DNA of 64,000 nucleotides from Escherichia coli (GTDB lineage Bacteria; Pseudomonadota; Gammaproteobacteria; Enterobacterales; Enterobacteriaceae): NCBI RefSeq assembly GCF_044324785.1, contig NZ_CP172127.1; one strand, 5' to 3'. Shown piece by piece: positions 55,001 to 64,000 of this stretch (position 1 is its first letter; each line of letters starts with the position of its first letter). The notes under the pieces were generated by a model. It saw only the letters and a program-made list of their open reading frames with translations, ran no database searches and was not told where the DNA came from. The position numbers and the translations under genes were made by a program.

Positions 55001-55476
55001 GCCAGCAGGTTCAGGGGGCGCTGGAGCCGCTGTTCCAGCAAAATCCGGTGCTGAAGAAAATCCGCAACGGCGAGCCAGTCACGCAAAACGAGCTTGATGA
55101 ACTGGCGAAGCTGGTGCTGATCCAGAACCCCAACGTTGATATCCGGGCACTGAAAGAGTTCTATCCGCAGGCAACCGCCAGCCTGGATAAACTTTTGCGT
55201 ACCATCATCGGGATGGACAGCGACGCGGTGGAAGTGCGCTTTGCTCAGTTCGCCGCTGATAACAGTCTAACCAGCCAACAACTGCGCTTCCTGTCATTGC
55301 TGAAAAACCACATTCGCGATTACGGCACCATTGAAATGCGGCAGCTCTTTGAACAGCCTTTTACGCATATCCACAACGAAGGCGTTACCGGTGTGTTCCC
55401 TGATATAGAGCAGATCGCCCGCCTGCAAAAGATAGTCGAAGAGCTGGGTGTTGTGACCGACGCAGCGACGGTATAA
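52063..55476 (+). CDS. hsdR: Type I restriction endonuclease R subunit (second system), with N-terminal DUF4145-like and coiled-coil region
   Basis: ~1137 aa from ATG 52063 (RBS aagg); PD-(D/E)xK nuclease motif (DYVLWDEAHKPLAVVEAKK), helicase motifs (QATGTGKT, DESHRS). Confidence 0.9.
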   Translation: MEQSLNFEMLRSQWPELAELACMAERYVHSDPESCLVKLRNYTELMVRWLYRQERLPEGIKANLYDLMNADVFTSMMPEAIIMKMDALRIHGNRAAHGGRIKAKDTYWLLKEAYLLGIWLYVRYAHGNVDDCPKFTLPPLTQSSGRADEKRLEDAIKAQDESRERELALQRALQQEQEKAEHLTQRLNEARARNQHVADILSIDEAETRRRLIDSRLLAADWNVGEELKNTDQVTQEHPVKEQPTATGDGYADYVLWDEAHKPLAVVEAKKTSVNAEQGRIQARLYADWLEKEYGQRPVIFYTNGYDIWLWDDHKTHGYPPRRVFGFYSKESLQYLIQQRETRLPLNSVPHVKDNEGKAVAGRLYQLETIARVSERFTNKYRQSLIVQATGTGKTRVAIALSKLMIDARWVKRVLFLCDRKELRKQAANAFNQFTNEPLYVVGKSKKADRQNARIYIATYPGMMKIMDHFDVGYFDLIIADESHRSIYNVYGDLFKYFDALQIGLTATPIDMVSKTTFGLFGCEGRIPTANYSLEDAIADNNLVPYEVVTHTTEFLREGIKREKLSDAQIRELEEQGIDPNTLEFDGKALDEAIYNKDTNRYILRNLMENGLKDRDGQLPGKTIIFARNHKHALLLNELFDDMYPQFAGRFCQVIDNYDPRAEQLIDDFKGLDESTNKELTIAISVDMLDTGIDVPEIVNLVFAKPVKSKVKFWQMIGRGTRLCPGLYGYDDNGKPLDKQKFRIFDHWGNFEYHELHAEEAEVTATKSLAQKRFEAWVMLGAAAQRKFDKQAVDLVAHQLREQINALDEKSIAVQEKWQQKAQYSDEKVLRQLSPKTQQDLLSILAPLMQWLDVRGQSDAIRFDMDILAAQTARYTNPEELDVLWPAIVEKVERLPPHLAQVQQQGQRINQLRDLGWWKQASLEELEDIRIHLRGIMHLMEKDTTPKFGSIQVDITEDANLIQTETRKTNIRSIDFKLYRQQVQGALEPLFQQNPVLKKIRNGEPVTQNELDELAKLVLIQNPNVDIRALKEFYPQATASLDKLLRTIIGMDSDAVEVRFAQFAADNSLTSQQLRFLSLLKNHIRDYGTIEMRQLFEQPFTHIHNEGVTGVFPDIEQIARLQKIVEELGVVTDAATV

Positions 55477-55489
55477 TACGCACATGACA

Positions 55490-55515
55490 AGCCCCGGCAG
55501 CGGGGCTTTTGTATT
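55490..55515 (+). terminator. Rho-independent terminator after the second hsdR
   Basis: Stem agccccg / cggggct, loop gcag, followed by ttttgtattt. Confidence 0.7.
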
Positions 55516-55539
55516 TAAAACAGGATATAAAAGCTAACA

Positions 55540-57174
55540 ATGATCACTGGTGACTTAAAAAGTAAAATCGACGGCCTGTGGGAAGATTTCTGGGTGGGTG
55601 GTATCACCAACCCGCTGACCGTAATCGAACAGATCACCTACCTGATGTACTCCCGGATGCTGGATACCCAGGAACAACGCGACGAGAAGCGTAAACAAAT
55701 CGCGGGTATTGATTTTAAACCGCGTTTTGCGCCAGAACAGCAGGAGTTCCGTTTCAGTCACTATAGCAACCTTGGCTCGGATGAGATGATGGAAGTGGTG
55801 CGCGATGGCGTATTCCAGCATTTTCGTCAGCTCGGCCTGGCTGATACATCAAAGGTGACGCTGCTGGGCAACTTTATGAAAGATGCCCGTCTGGAGATTG
55901 TTAAGCCGTCATTGCTGACCAAAGCGGTTGAGGTGATCAAAAACCTGCCATTGGATCGCGGCGATACCAAAGGCGACCTTTACGAATACCTGTTAAGCAA
56001 GCTGACCACTGCCGGGATCAACGGCCAGTTCCGCACGCCACGCCACATTATCCGCACGATGGTTGAAATGATGGAGCCGAACCCGGCCCGCGGCGAGATG
56101 ATTTGCGATCCGGCCTGTGGCACCGGTGGTTTTCTGGCAACCAGCTATGAATATCTGCTGGAGAAGTACAGCTCGCTGGAATCCATTCATACTGAGATTG
56201 GCACCAACGAACGTGGCGAGCTGGAAGAGCAAAAAATCTTTACCGGCGATCTGCTGATACCGTGGCGTAACCATGTGGATAACAATATGTTCCACGGTTA
56301 CGACTTTGATACCACAATGCTGCGTATCGCCGCCATGAACCTGATTATGCACGGCGTGGAAGCGCCGGATATTCACTATCAGGACACCATGAGCCAGAGC
56401 TTCAGCACTAACTTCCCTCAGGCAAGTAAAAACGCTTTCAACCTGATTCTGGCGAACCCGCCGTTTACCGGTTCACTGGACGAGGAAGATATCGACTCCA
56501 CGCTGTCGGCAATGGTGAAAACCAAAAAAACTGAACTACTGTTCCTGGCGCGTATTCTGCAAATGCTGAAAGTGGGCGGGCGCAGTGCCACTATCGTGCC
56601 GCAGGGCGTGTTGTTTGGCTCCAGTAAGGCGCACCAGTCACTTCGCAAAACGCTGGTGGAAGATAACCAACTGGAAGCGGTGATCAACCTGCCTTCCGGT
56701 GTATTTAAGCCTTACGCTGGCGTGGCAACGGCTATCCTGATCTTTACCAAAGGCGGTCAGACGGACGAGGTCTGGTTCTACGATCTGCAAAATGATGGCT
56801 ACAGCCTGGATGACAAGCGTAACCCGATTAAAGACAACGACCTGCCGCATCTGCTGGCAAGCTGGAAGCATTACCGTACTTTGCGTGGTTTGCCGGTAGA
56901 TAACTTTATGGGTGAGAAGTTAGCCTCGTTGCTTAAACAGCAGTACCCGGAAGGGATTGATGCTGGCGTTGATTTTAAAGATCGCACTCAGTCGGCGTTC
57001 GTAGTTCCAAAAGAAGATATTGCTGCGCAGAAATACGATCTCTCTATTAATCGTTATAAAGAAGTGGTGTATCAGGCGGAGGAATATGAAGATCCGAAGG
57101 TGATACTGAAACGATTAAAAGATCTGGAAAAAGAGATTCTGGCGGATTTGGATGAGCTGGAGGGGATGCTGTGA
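55540..57174 (+). CDS. hsdM: Type I methyltransferase M subunit (second system)
   Basis: 544 aa; N6-adenine methylase motifs ([14 protein letters not shown]); ATGA-type overlap with the following hsdS. Confidence 0.9.
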   Translation: MITGDLKSKIDGLWEDFWVGGITNPLTVIEQITYLMYSRMLDTQEQRDEKRKQIAGIDFKPRFAPEQQEFRFSHYSNLGSDEMMEVVRDGVFQHFRQLGLADTSKVTLLGNFMKDARLEIVKPSLLTKAVEVIKNLPLDRGDTKGDLYEYLLSKLTTAGINGQFRTPRHIIRTMVEMMEPNPARGEMICDPACGTGGFLATSYEYLLEKYSSLESIHTEIGTNERGELEEQKIFTGDLLIPWRNHVDNNMFHGYDFDTTMLRIAAMNLIMHGVEAPDIHYQDTMSQSFSTNFPQASKNAFNLILANPPFTGSLDEEDIDSTLSAMVKTKKTELLFLARILQMLKVGGRSATIVPQGVLFGSSKAHQSLRKTLVEDNQLEAVINLPSGVFKPYAGVATAILIFTKGGQTDEVWFYDLQNDGYSLDDKRNPIKDNDLPHLLASWKHYRTLRGLPVDNFMGEKLASLLKQQYPEGIDAGVDFKDRTQSAFVVPKEDIAAQKYDLSINRYKEVVYQAEEYEDPKVILKRLKDLEKEILADLDELEGML

Positions 57175-58349
57175 GTTGGCCGATGGTGAAGTTAGGCGAA
57201 ATTTTTACTATATCTCGAGGGGGGTCTCCAAGACCTATTCAAGATTATATTACTGACTCCTGTCATGGAGTAAATTGGATAATGATTGGTGATACTGAGC
57301 CAAATTCAAAATACATTAGACATACAGCAAAAAAAATAAAGTTTGAAGGAGTGAAAAAATCCAGAAAGGTCTACCCTGGAGATTTATTACTTACAAACTC
57401 TATGAGTTTTGGGCGTCCATATATACTTGATGTTGAAGGATGTATACATGATGGATGGTTGGTTCTAAGTCCTAAAAATAATCAAATACATATTGATTAT
57501 TTTTATCATTATTTAAATTCTCCAGCTGCAAAAATCATCATATCAAACAAGGCTGCTGGTGCAGTTGTAAAAAATTTGAACTCAGATATCGTGAGAAACT
57601 TGGAAATTCCGTTCCCTCCATTTGCGGAACAGGTAAGGATAGCTTCAACTCTCGATAAAGTCGATGGCATACGTCAAAAACGCGACCAAGCCATCAAACT
57701 GGCTGATGATTTTTTGCGTGCTACGTTTTTAGCGATGTTTGGTGATCCTGTTGAAAACCCGAAGAGATGGGATGTTGCTTCTTTGTTAGAATATGGTTCA
57801 TTTAAAAATGGAATGAATTTTACGAAAGGTGAGTCAGGCTCTGTACTGAAGTGCCTGGGAGTTGGCAATTTCAAATCACTAGCAACGATTACCTGTATGG
57901 ACAATATCGGTGAAATTGAATTAAATACTCTCCCTTCAGATGATTATCTTTTGAAAGATGGTGATATCGTCTTTGTCCGTTCTAATGGTAATAAAGCCTT
58001 GGTCGGAAGATGTCTTACTATTTATCCAGGCAAAGAGAAAGTTACATTTAGTGGATTTTGTATCCGCTACAGAATAGAAAATACTGCAATCACCCCAGAA
58101 TATCTTAACTTTCTCTTCCGTACACCTTCAATGAAACAGCAAATGTTAAGCGGGGGGCAAGGAGCGAATATTCAGAATATTAGCCAAGGTACCTTATCCG
58201 CACTCAGGATACCAGTCCCTCCCTTAGAAAAACAACAGGCATTTTCTAAAGTAGTGAGTTTTCACTCGGCACTAATGGAAAAACTAGATATTAATACAGT
58301 TGAAATAGAAGATATGTTTGACTCAATCAGTCAACAATATTTTAATTAA
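57171..58349 (+). CDS. hsdS: Type I specificity subunit (second system)
   Basis: 392 aa, two target-recognition regions separated by conserved helices; AT-rich. Confidence 0.88.
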   Translation: MSWPMVKLGEIFTISRGGSPRPIQDYITDSCHGVNWIMIGDTEPNSKYIRHTAKKIKFEGVKKSRKVYPGDLLLTNSMSFGRPYILDVEGCIHDGWLVLSPKNNQIHIDYFYHYLNSPAAKIIISNKAAGAVVKNLNSDIVRNLEIPFPPFAEQVRIASTLDKVDGIRQKRDQAIKLADDFLRATFLAMFGDPVENPKRWDVASLLEYGSFKNGMNFTKGESGSVLKCLGVGNFKSLATITCMDNIGEIELNTLPSDDYLLKDGDIVFVRSNGNKALVGRCLTIYPGKEKVTFSGFCIRYRIENTAITPEYLNFLFRTPSMKQQMLSGGQGANIQNISQGTLSALRIPVPPLEKQQAFSKVVSFHSALMEKLDINTVEIEDMFDSISQQYFN

Positions 58350-58370
58350 TCAGGATTATTATTAATAAAA

Positions 58371-59057
58371 ATGAAAAAAATTGATATGCGAATACTGGTC
58401 CTGTTTATACTGGCCGTAATGCCTTTGTTGCCCTATCTTTATATTTTTCATGAAGGTTTTTCCCATAAGTCTGATGATTGGGGTAATTTTGGTTCTTTTA
58501 TGGGAGGAGCCGTTGCTCCTTTCCTTTCGGTACTGAGTATAGTATTGGTTTTGAGAACAATTGAATTAACTCAAAAGAACCATGCCGAGCAACTATCACA
58601 AGTAACAAAAGAGCATAACTACAATAAATTCAATGATCTGTGCGATTTCCTTGAAAAATCTATATTAAAGAGTTGGTTGGTTAATGATAAAGAAAGACGA
58701 CAACAGGTTATCCAGTCTTTAACAATAACAACTATTGGTGATGTCGTTTTTCGTTCTAATGAAAATGCGACACCTGAAGAACAACGTCGGTATGCAGAAG
58801 AAAATGCACAAAGAGTATTGTCATTCATGTCAGATGATATCAGAGAAATAATAGTTTGCCTCGATTATTTTTGTGACTTTATCCTGGATGATAAAAATCA
58901 TGATACTGAATTCATGAAAAATATCGCAGAAATAAGGCTGGATAATCATGTTCGATTCATTATATCTCTATATGTTTACCTAAATAATAAAAATTTAAAT
59001 CTATTATTAAATAAAAAATGGAAGAGCTTTAGACCATCTATAGACGAGTTGGTATAA
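58371..59057 (+). CDS. Small membrane protein (two predicted N-terminal TM helices plus ~165-aa cytoplasmic helical domain), fourth gene of the second hsd operon
   Basis: 228-aa ORF starting 21 bp after hsdS on the same strand, very AT-rich; hydrophobic segments ~res 7-24 and 40-62; followed by a hairpin terminator. Confidence 0.6.
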   Translation: MKKIDMRILVLFILAVMPLLPYLYIFHEGFSHKSDDWGNFGSFMGGAVAPFLSVLSIVLVLRTIELTQKNHAEQLSQVTKEHNYNKFNDLCDFLEKSILKSWLVNDKERRQQVIQSLTITTIGDVVFRSNENATPEEQRRYAEENAQRVLSFMSDDIREIIVCLDYFCDFILDDKNHDTEFMKNIAEIRLDNHVRFIISLYVYLNNKNLNLLLNKKWKSFRPSIDELV

Positions 59058-59064
59058 CTATTGT

Positions 59065-59091
59065 CCCGCCAATTGTTTTATAATTGGCGGG
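59065..59091. terminator. Bidirectional hairpin terminator between the membrane-protein gene and the SIR2 gene
   Basis: 10-bp stem cccgccaatt / aattggcggg, 7-nt loop, followed on the plus strand by atgtcattatttttt. Confidence 0.65.
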
Positions 59092-59097
59092 ATGTCA

Positions 59098-62000
59098 TTA
59101 TTTTTTGAACTCAACCAGTCTCTTATATTGGGGGGTATTAATTAACTTTTTCTTAGCTTTGATAATATCGACCAAACAGATTTCTATTTCCTCAGCACAT
59201 CCTCGTTGATTATCCATAATCAAACTGATAAGTTCTAATGTTTGAGATGGAAATTTATTTGGTATCTCTGACTCGTATAATTTTTTCAGTGTATAATGAG
59301 GCCATTCAAATGGAATGATCCACGGTTTTACAGTATCGAATATATCCTGAAACCTATCCTGGCCCGCAATACAGAGTTGCACTAAATTCTCTGAAATTCC
59401 CGGCGTCCTTAACTTTTGAGATTTTGGCCATATCTTCTTTAAAAATATTTTTATACAGTTATCCCAATATTCAGAATATTGTTCTCCTGAGCTTTCAATT
59501 GCATCTACAAGAGTATTAGTTGAGATTATCAGGCTCTCCGATGGAAGATTTCTAAACGCTTTTTGATAATCGTCAAGAACATAGTCTTTTGTCGGTTCAA
59601 GTGCAGCATATGTCAAAAAGATAGTATATTGTTTTTTAGCATCAGTATCTCCAAGATCTTGATAGTGTTCCGCTGTTTTCAAAAAAGCTTGTTTAAATGC
59701 AGCAAGCAATGGGGCATAAAGACGAGGGGTCCATAAGAAACCAGGCCATACTGATTTTGCTTCAAGAAAATTACTATCCCAAATAAATAATGGTAGAAGG
59801 TACTTTTTCGCCCAATTTGTGTCAACTCTGAATAATGGGATCAAATTTGAGGCTAAAATAACTCTGGAATTTCTGAAAGAGATATTATGGGTGTCACATA
59901 GCTTTGTGAAAAAGACTTTCAATTTATCTGGTATGCCCTCATTATCATGCGGCTTACCATTGAGCCATATATTTATTAATGCTTGTGTAATATTTCCTAC
60001 AGGATGATTTATAGCTTGTATTATTGATTTATAATCATCTGTTTCATCGTAACTAAAATCTATAATACGCTGACAATATGTAGTATAAACATCATTCAAC
60101 TCACTCATTCCTGTGGAAATTTTCGCTAACCATTGAGCGAGGCTGTGCTGAATCTCAGGGAATAAATCATCTGGAATATTTAATAATAATGGTCCTATTT
60201 CTTGCCAGGACTCCTGAATCAGGTCTTTATCACACCAAGTCTGTAAACCTGAACGCCAATATTTGCATGGCCAAATATCCTCCATGGCTAATTCGCGAAG
60301 CACACAAACAATCATCGGTAAGTTTTGTTTACATATTTCGATCCAGTTATCACGTTCAAACGGAGATGATTTCTTATTATCAGCCCTTTCTCTTAACCAG
60401 TTGATGATGCCGTCCTTTGTATCTGGGACCATTTCTGTAATTATTTCCTCTTCAAAATCGGGATCTCCTGTTCCACTCATCCAATGCGAAAATTCGTCTC
60501 TTTCATTTGTGGTCAATTTCCAGTAAGGATGTTTTTCTGATAAAAAATCCAATTTGTTCTGTGCATTTATATTGAGCTTTACACCTGAAAATTGTAGTTT
60601 TGATAAGAACAACCATATATTTCTTTCGACTATATTTTCCCATTCATTCTCATTAATAGAAATATTGAATAATTCCTGTGAATATCCTAGTGTTATTGCA
60701 TTTTCAAGCTTTCGTTGTTCAATGGCAGTTAGTGTTTTACCTTGCAAAACGAAGAGTCGGCAAACTTCACGATGAGTATCAATAGCCCACAACCAATAGC
60801 CATTTTGTTCCAGTAATAGATTCACCCATTCTTTAGCATCAATGCATTCATTATAACTGGCAGAAAAAATGACCAAACGCTTAAATACTGGATATGGAAA
60901 TGACCACCAATTTAAAGCAAGTTTTTTAGCTTTGTTTTTATCTATTTCATAGATTTGCAACCAAGAATCTCTCAAAAGTTCAATTAGTTTCACCCAATTA
61001 CGATAACCTCTATTTTGCCAATGAGGCGTAATTGATGGTAAGTCCCAAAAAGATCGATCACTTGCACTTATGGAATTATCATTCAGTTCAAATTGTAAAT
61101 CCATCGCATCAAGAAGTAATTGTTGAAGATCATCAAACAAGGATGGCAAGATTTCCTTCCATATTGATTTATTTTCTAAATCTTGTAGCCAATAAAGATC
61201 TGTTGATATATTTAATTCATGCCTTACAGATTGTGAAATATTTTTTTCATTTTGGGATGATTTATTAAAATTTAGTTGAAAAGGTTGTTGCAGGATAAGG
61301 GTAGGCGCTAAAATTTTTCTTAGCGCTAACCGGCAAGCCATATTGAAATTGCCATGTTGAAATTGATCTATCCAATAATTATTTTCATATACAGATGAAT
61401 TGGTCCCTATTCTTCCTGCTAAGAATAAACGCCAAATAGCTCGTAAATTCTGAGATGGGATCGCATGTAGTCCTTCTTGCTTGATACGTTTGAGAGACTG
61501 CTCCTCATTGTTTCTTTCTAATCGTTCAATCTCACTCAACCTATTACTTATTAAATTTGATAACTGGGGATGCAGTTTTCCCCCTTGCTTTGCTAACCAA
61601 ATGATTAAGTCAACGTTACCAATATGTTTTATCAGCCATAAACAAATATATACCATAACAGAATCCCACTGACAAAATTCGCCACCAAAAGAAGCTAAAC
61701 TCATTCGTGGTGAAAGTTTGTATGAGGAAGGGCGATTAATCAGGCTAAATTGAAGATTAGGATCAAATTCAGAATGGGCCGGGGTATTAAAGCGAGGTAG
61801 ATCTGGATATCTATAAGATTTTTTTTCAAATTCCCATAACCAACTTAGTGTGGGAGCAGGATTCATTTCTGCCAGGCGTTTTGCGGGCTTACCGGAATTA
61901 TCACTTAATGCCCATAAAACCCTTCCAACAAAATTATCCTCTTGAGTACTTGTCGAAGGATGGGCAATTACATATTGGGCTACAATTCTTTCTTTACCCA

Positions 62001-62889
62001 TACTTCCATTGTTATATATTTCTCCCCATATTTTTAATGTCTCATGAAGTAATTCATGCTTCTTAGTCGTTTTGTACAAAACAGGAATGACCCCTTTGGC
62101 TTCCCAAATTTCAGCCGTTGTAGATTCTTCATTTGGTTTATAATCTGCAAAGGCATATGCTTGAGGGGTATATTCGCCTAACATCCTATCTGCTGCTAAA
62201 GCATCCATCATATAGCGTAATACAGGATCATTAATACTATATCCTATAAAACAAACAACATAGTTTCTAAATAGTTCACTTACAAATCTGGCAGCCCATC
62301 TTTCTGTTAAATAAGCACATCCGAAATCACCACTGGTAACTACCAGACGGTTCAACTCTGTATGATTTTTTTTATCATGAGGTAATATTCCGTGCAAGTA
62401 AACCACTCCATTCCATCTACTATTTTTTGGAACAGGTAACATAGGTGCCAAATATGATGTTAGTTTCTTCTCCATATTTTTCGCAGCTATGTCAAAAAGA
62501 TGATCAAAATTTGTGGTGACAAGTCGTATGCGCCCACCTTGATCTTGAGATAATTGTAAGAGAGCATTATGAGTTGTTAGGGCATTTTTTCTTCGAACCT
62601 TTGGTTTCAATATCTGAGACAATGCATAGCGTACAGTTTGTTTATTTCCTACTATTCTTCTCTCAAGAAGTTCTAATGTTGTATCATATTGGTAAGCTTT
62701 ATAGGCGGCTTCTTCGAGAGCATTCCGTGTTTCACCGATTCTTTGATATATGTTGTCAACCAAATCTCCAAACCCCGGTAATCCAGCAGGATATGAAATT
62801 CCCGCTCCGCAGAAGAATACAACTTTCCCCTCTTCGTGTGCTTGTAGTAATGAATCGGGAATATCTGGACCATTAGTAATAAACTGCAT
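59098..62889 (-). CDS. SIR2-domain giant protein (defence-associated sirtuin-like; predicted NAD+-degrading antiphage effector)
   Basis: 1263 aa; N-terminal SIR2-like signature (VVFFCGAGIS, TTNFDHLFD, YLHG, VCFIGYSINDP) then ~950 aa of helical region with no obvious motifs; strongly AT-rich. Confidence 0.8.
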   Translation of the reverse strand: MQFITNGPDIPDSLLQAHEEGKVVFFCGAGISYPAGLPGFGDLVDNIYQRIGETRNALEEAAYKAYQYDTTLELLERRIVGNKQTVRYALSQILKPKVRRKNALTTHNALLQLSQDQGGRIRLVTTNFDHLFDIAAKNMEKKLTSYLAPMLPVPKNSRWNGVVYLHGILPHDKKNHTELNRLVVTSGDFGCAYLTERWAARFVSELFRNYVVCFIGYSINDPVLRYMMDALAADRMLGEYTPQAYAFADYKPNEESTTAEIWEAKGVIPVLYKTTKKHELLHETLKIWGEIYNNGSMGKERIVAQYVIAHPSTSTQEDNFVGRVLWALSDNSGKPAKRLAEMNPAPTLSWLWEFEKKSYRYPDLPRFNTPAHSEFDPNLQFSLINRPSSYKLSPRMSLASFGGEFCQWDSVMVYICLWLIKHIGNVDLIIWLAKQGGKLHPQLSNLISNRLSEIERLERNNEEQSLKRIKQEGLHAIPSQNLRAIWRLFLAGRIGTNSSVYENNYWIDQFQHGNFNMACRLALRKILAPTLILQQPFQLNFNKSSQNEKNISQSVRHELNISTDLYWLQDLENKSIWKEILPSLFDDLQQLLLDAMDLQFELNDNSISASDRSFWDLPSITPHWQNRGYRNWVKLIELLRDSWLQIYEIDKNKAKKLALNWWSFPYPVFKRLVIFSASYNECIDAKEWVNLLLEQNGYWLWAIDTHREVCRLFVLQGKTLTAIEQRKLENAITLGYSQELFNISINENEWENIVERNIWLFLSKLQFSGVKLNINAQNKLDFLSEKHPYWKLTTNERDEFSHWMSGTGDPDFEEEIITEMVPDTKDGIINWLRERADNKKSSPFERDNWIEICKQNLPMIVCVLRELAMEDIWPCKYWRSGLQTWCDKDLIQESWQEIGPLLLNIPDDLFPEIQHSLAQWLAKISTGMSELNDVYTTYCQRIIDFSYDETDDYKSIIQAINHPVGNITQALINIWLNGKPHDNEGIPDKLKVFFTKLCDTHNISFRNSRVILASNLIPLFRVDTNWAKKYLLPLFIWDSNFLEAKSVWPGFLWTPRLYAPLLAAFKQAFLKTAEHYQDLGDTDAKKQYTIFLTYAALEPTKDYVLDDYQKAFRNLPSESLIISTNTLVDAIESSGEQYSEYWDNCIKIFLKKIWPKSQKLRTPGISENLVQLCIAGQDRFQDIFDTVKPWIIPFEWPHYTLKKLYESEIPNKFPSQTLELISLIMDNQRGCAEEIEICLVDIIKAKKKLINTPQYKRLVEFKK

Positions 62890-63038
62890 CTCGTTGCCTG
62901 GTTAGTTTGTGAAATGAATTTTGATTATAAATCTTCTTTATTGGTTCATGTAAGAAATCGGCACTGCCTTTTGACCGATAGCTGATATAGTATGTCTAAG
63001 TTATGATGATATAACATTTCTTACCTTGGATAGTAACA

Positions 63039-64000
63039 ATGCCTTTAGATTTAAGTAAAACTTTAGTTATTGGCATCAGCGCGACTGCGCTTTTTGATAT
63101 GAGTGAATCAGATCACATGTTTCGCGAAACCTTTGTGACTGATCCTGATAGCGCCATTGAAAAATACCGCGCTTATATGCTAGAACACGAAAACCAACCT
63201 TTACAGCCCGGAACAGGCTACCCCTTAGTCAAAGCGTTGCTGGGTCTGAACCAGTACCGTCAACCGGATGATAAATCGCCGTTGGTTGAGGTTGTTGTGA
63301 TGTCACGTAACAGCCCTGATACCGGTATCCGTGTTCTGAATACTATTCGCCATGACAGGCTCGATATCACTCGATCGGCCTTTACGGCAGGCGAAACCGT
63401 TGCCGATTACCTTGATGCCTTTGATGTGGATCTGTTTTTAACGACCAACGTCGAGGATGCGCAAAAGGTGATTGATTCCCGATTCTGCGCCGCTGCAATC
63501 CTGAAAGATCCTCCTTCCGACGCATCTGATATCCCGGAAGGGCAAGTGCGCATTGCTTTTGACGGCGACGCGGTACTTTTTTCCGATCAAAGCGAACTGG
63601 TTTATAAGACCCAAGGAATGGCTGCCTTTCATGCTCAGGAAGACGCGCAGCAGGATATCCCTATGGAAGAGGGGCCTTATGCCACTTTGCTAAAAAAAAT
63701 AGCCAAGCTTCAGGAACGATTGCCGACCCGCGTTGAGTATTCTCCTGTTCGTATTGCGCTGGTGACAGCCCGAAATAGCCCTTCGGAAATGCGCGTTATT
63801 AAAACGCTAAGAAGCTGGGGGGTATATGTCGATGAAGCTTTTTTTCTTGGCGGTGTAGAGAAAACAAAAGTTCTGAAGGCGTTTAAGCCACACATTTTCT
63901 TTGACGATCAGGATGTACATTTGATCGCGGCTGCAAAGGTAGTACCTTCTGGTAAAGTACCTTATGCCAGTAACTCCGAACTGGCAGAACGTGAAGCATC
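63039..64000 (+). CDS. cN-I-like 5'-nucleotidase family protein; 3' end beyond the window
   Basis: Open frame of 320 codons from ATG 63039 to the window edge, so absent from the track; contains IAFDGDAVLFSD (DxD phosphoesterase motif as in cytosolic 5'-nucleotidase I); weak RBS. Confidence 0.55.
   Translation, partial: MPLDLSKTLVIGISATALFDMSESDHMFRETFVTDPDSAIEKYRAYMLEHENQPLQPGTGYPLVKALLGLNQYRQPDDKSPLVEVVVMSRNSPDTGIRVLNTIRHDRLDITRSAFTAGETVADYLDAFDVDLFLTTNVEDAQKVIDSRFCAAAILKDPPSDASDIPEGQVRIAFDGDAVLFSDQSELVYKTQGMAAFHAQEDAQQDIPMEEGPYATLLKKIAKLQERLPTRVEYSPVRIALVTARNSPSEMRVIKTLRSWGVYVDEAFFLGGVEKTKVLKAFKPHIFFDDQDVHLIAAAKVVPSGKVPYASNSELAEREA

Overview
Escherichia coli chromosomal segment, in reverse-complement orientation relative to the K-12 map. 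Bases 1-3703 are the 3' part of a large Ig-repeat invasin/intimin-family adhesin gene. About 3.8-28.65 kb is conserved core: kptA, yjiH-yjiG-iadA, hypT, iraD, yjiC, uxuR-uxuB-uxuA, gntP, the complete type 1 fimbrial cluster fimHGFDCIA with the fimS invertible switch (apparently in the OFF orientation), fimE, fimB, and nanC-nanM-nanS. Seven bp after the nanS stop, core synteny ends and an AT-rich accessory island of at least 35 kb begins and runs past the window end. It is packed with defence and island-backbone genes: two HNH nucleases; a McrBC-like pair with an unusually long McrB N-terminal region; a type IC hsdM-hsdS-hsdR system (HsdS with a 3x TAEL repeat) plus an AbiEi/AbiEii-like pair, bracketed by ~0.86 kb direct repeats; a CbtA/CbeA-RadC-DUF932 module; yfjJ/alpA/GTPase/WYL genes; a second type I R-M-S system followed by a small two-TM membrane protein; a 1263-aa SIR2-domain protein; and a partial cN-I-like 5'-nucleotidase gene. 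The strongest candidates for an uncharacterised system are the SIR2 giant protein and the membrane protein appended to the second hsd operon. No rRNA, tRNA, CRISPR array, integrase or IS transposase was found in the window. All identifications are by eye from the translations and from memory of E. coli K-12 gene order and protein families; no database search was run, and positions I read directly from the sequence may be off by 1-2 bp.
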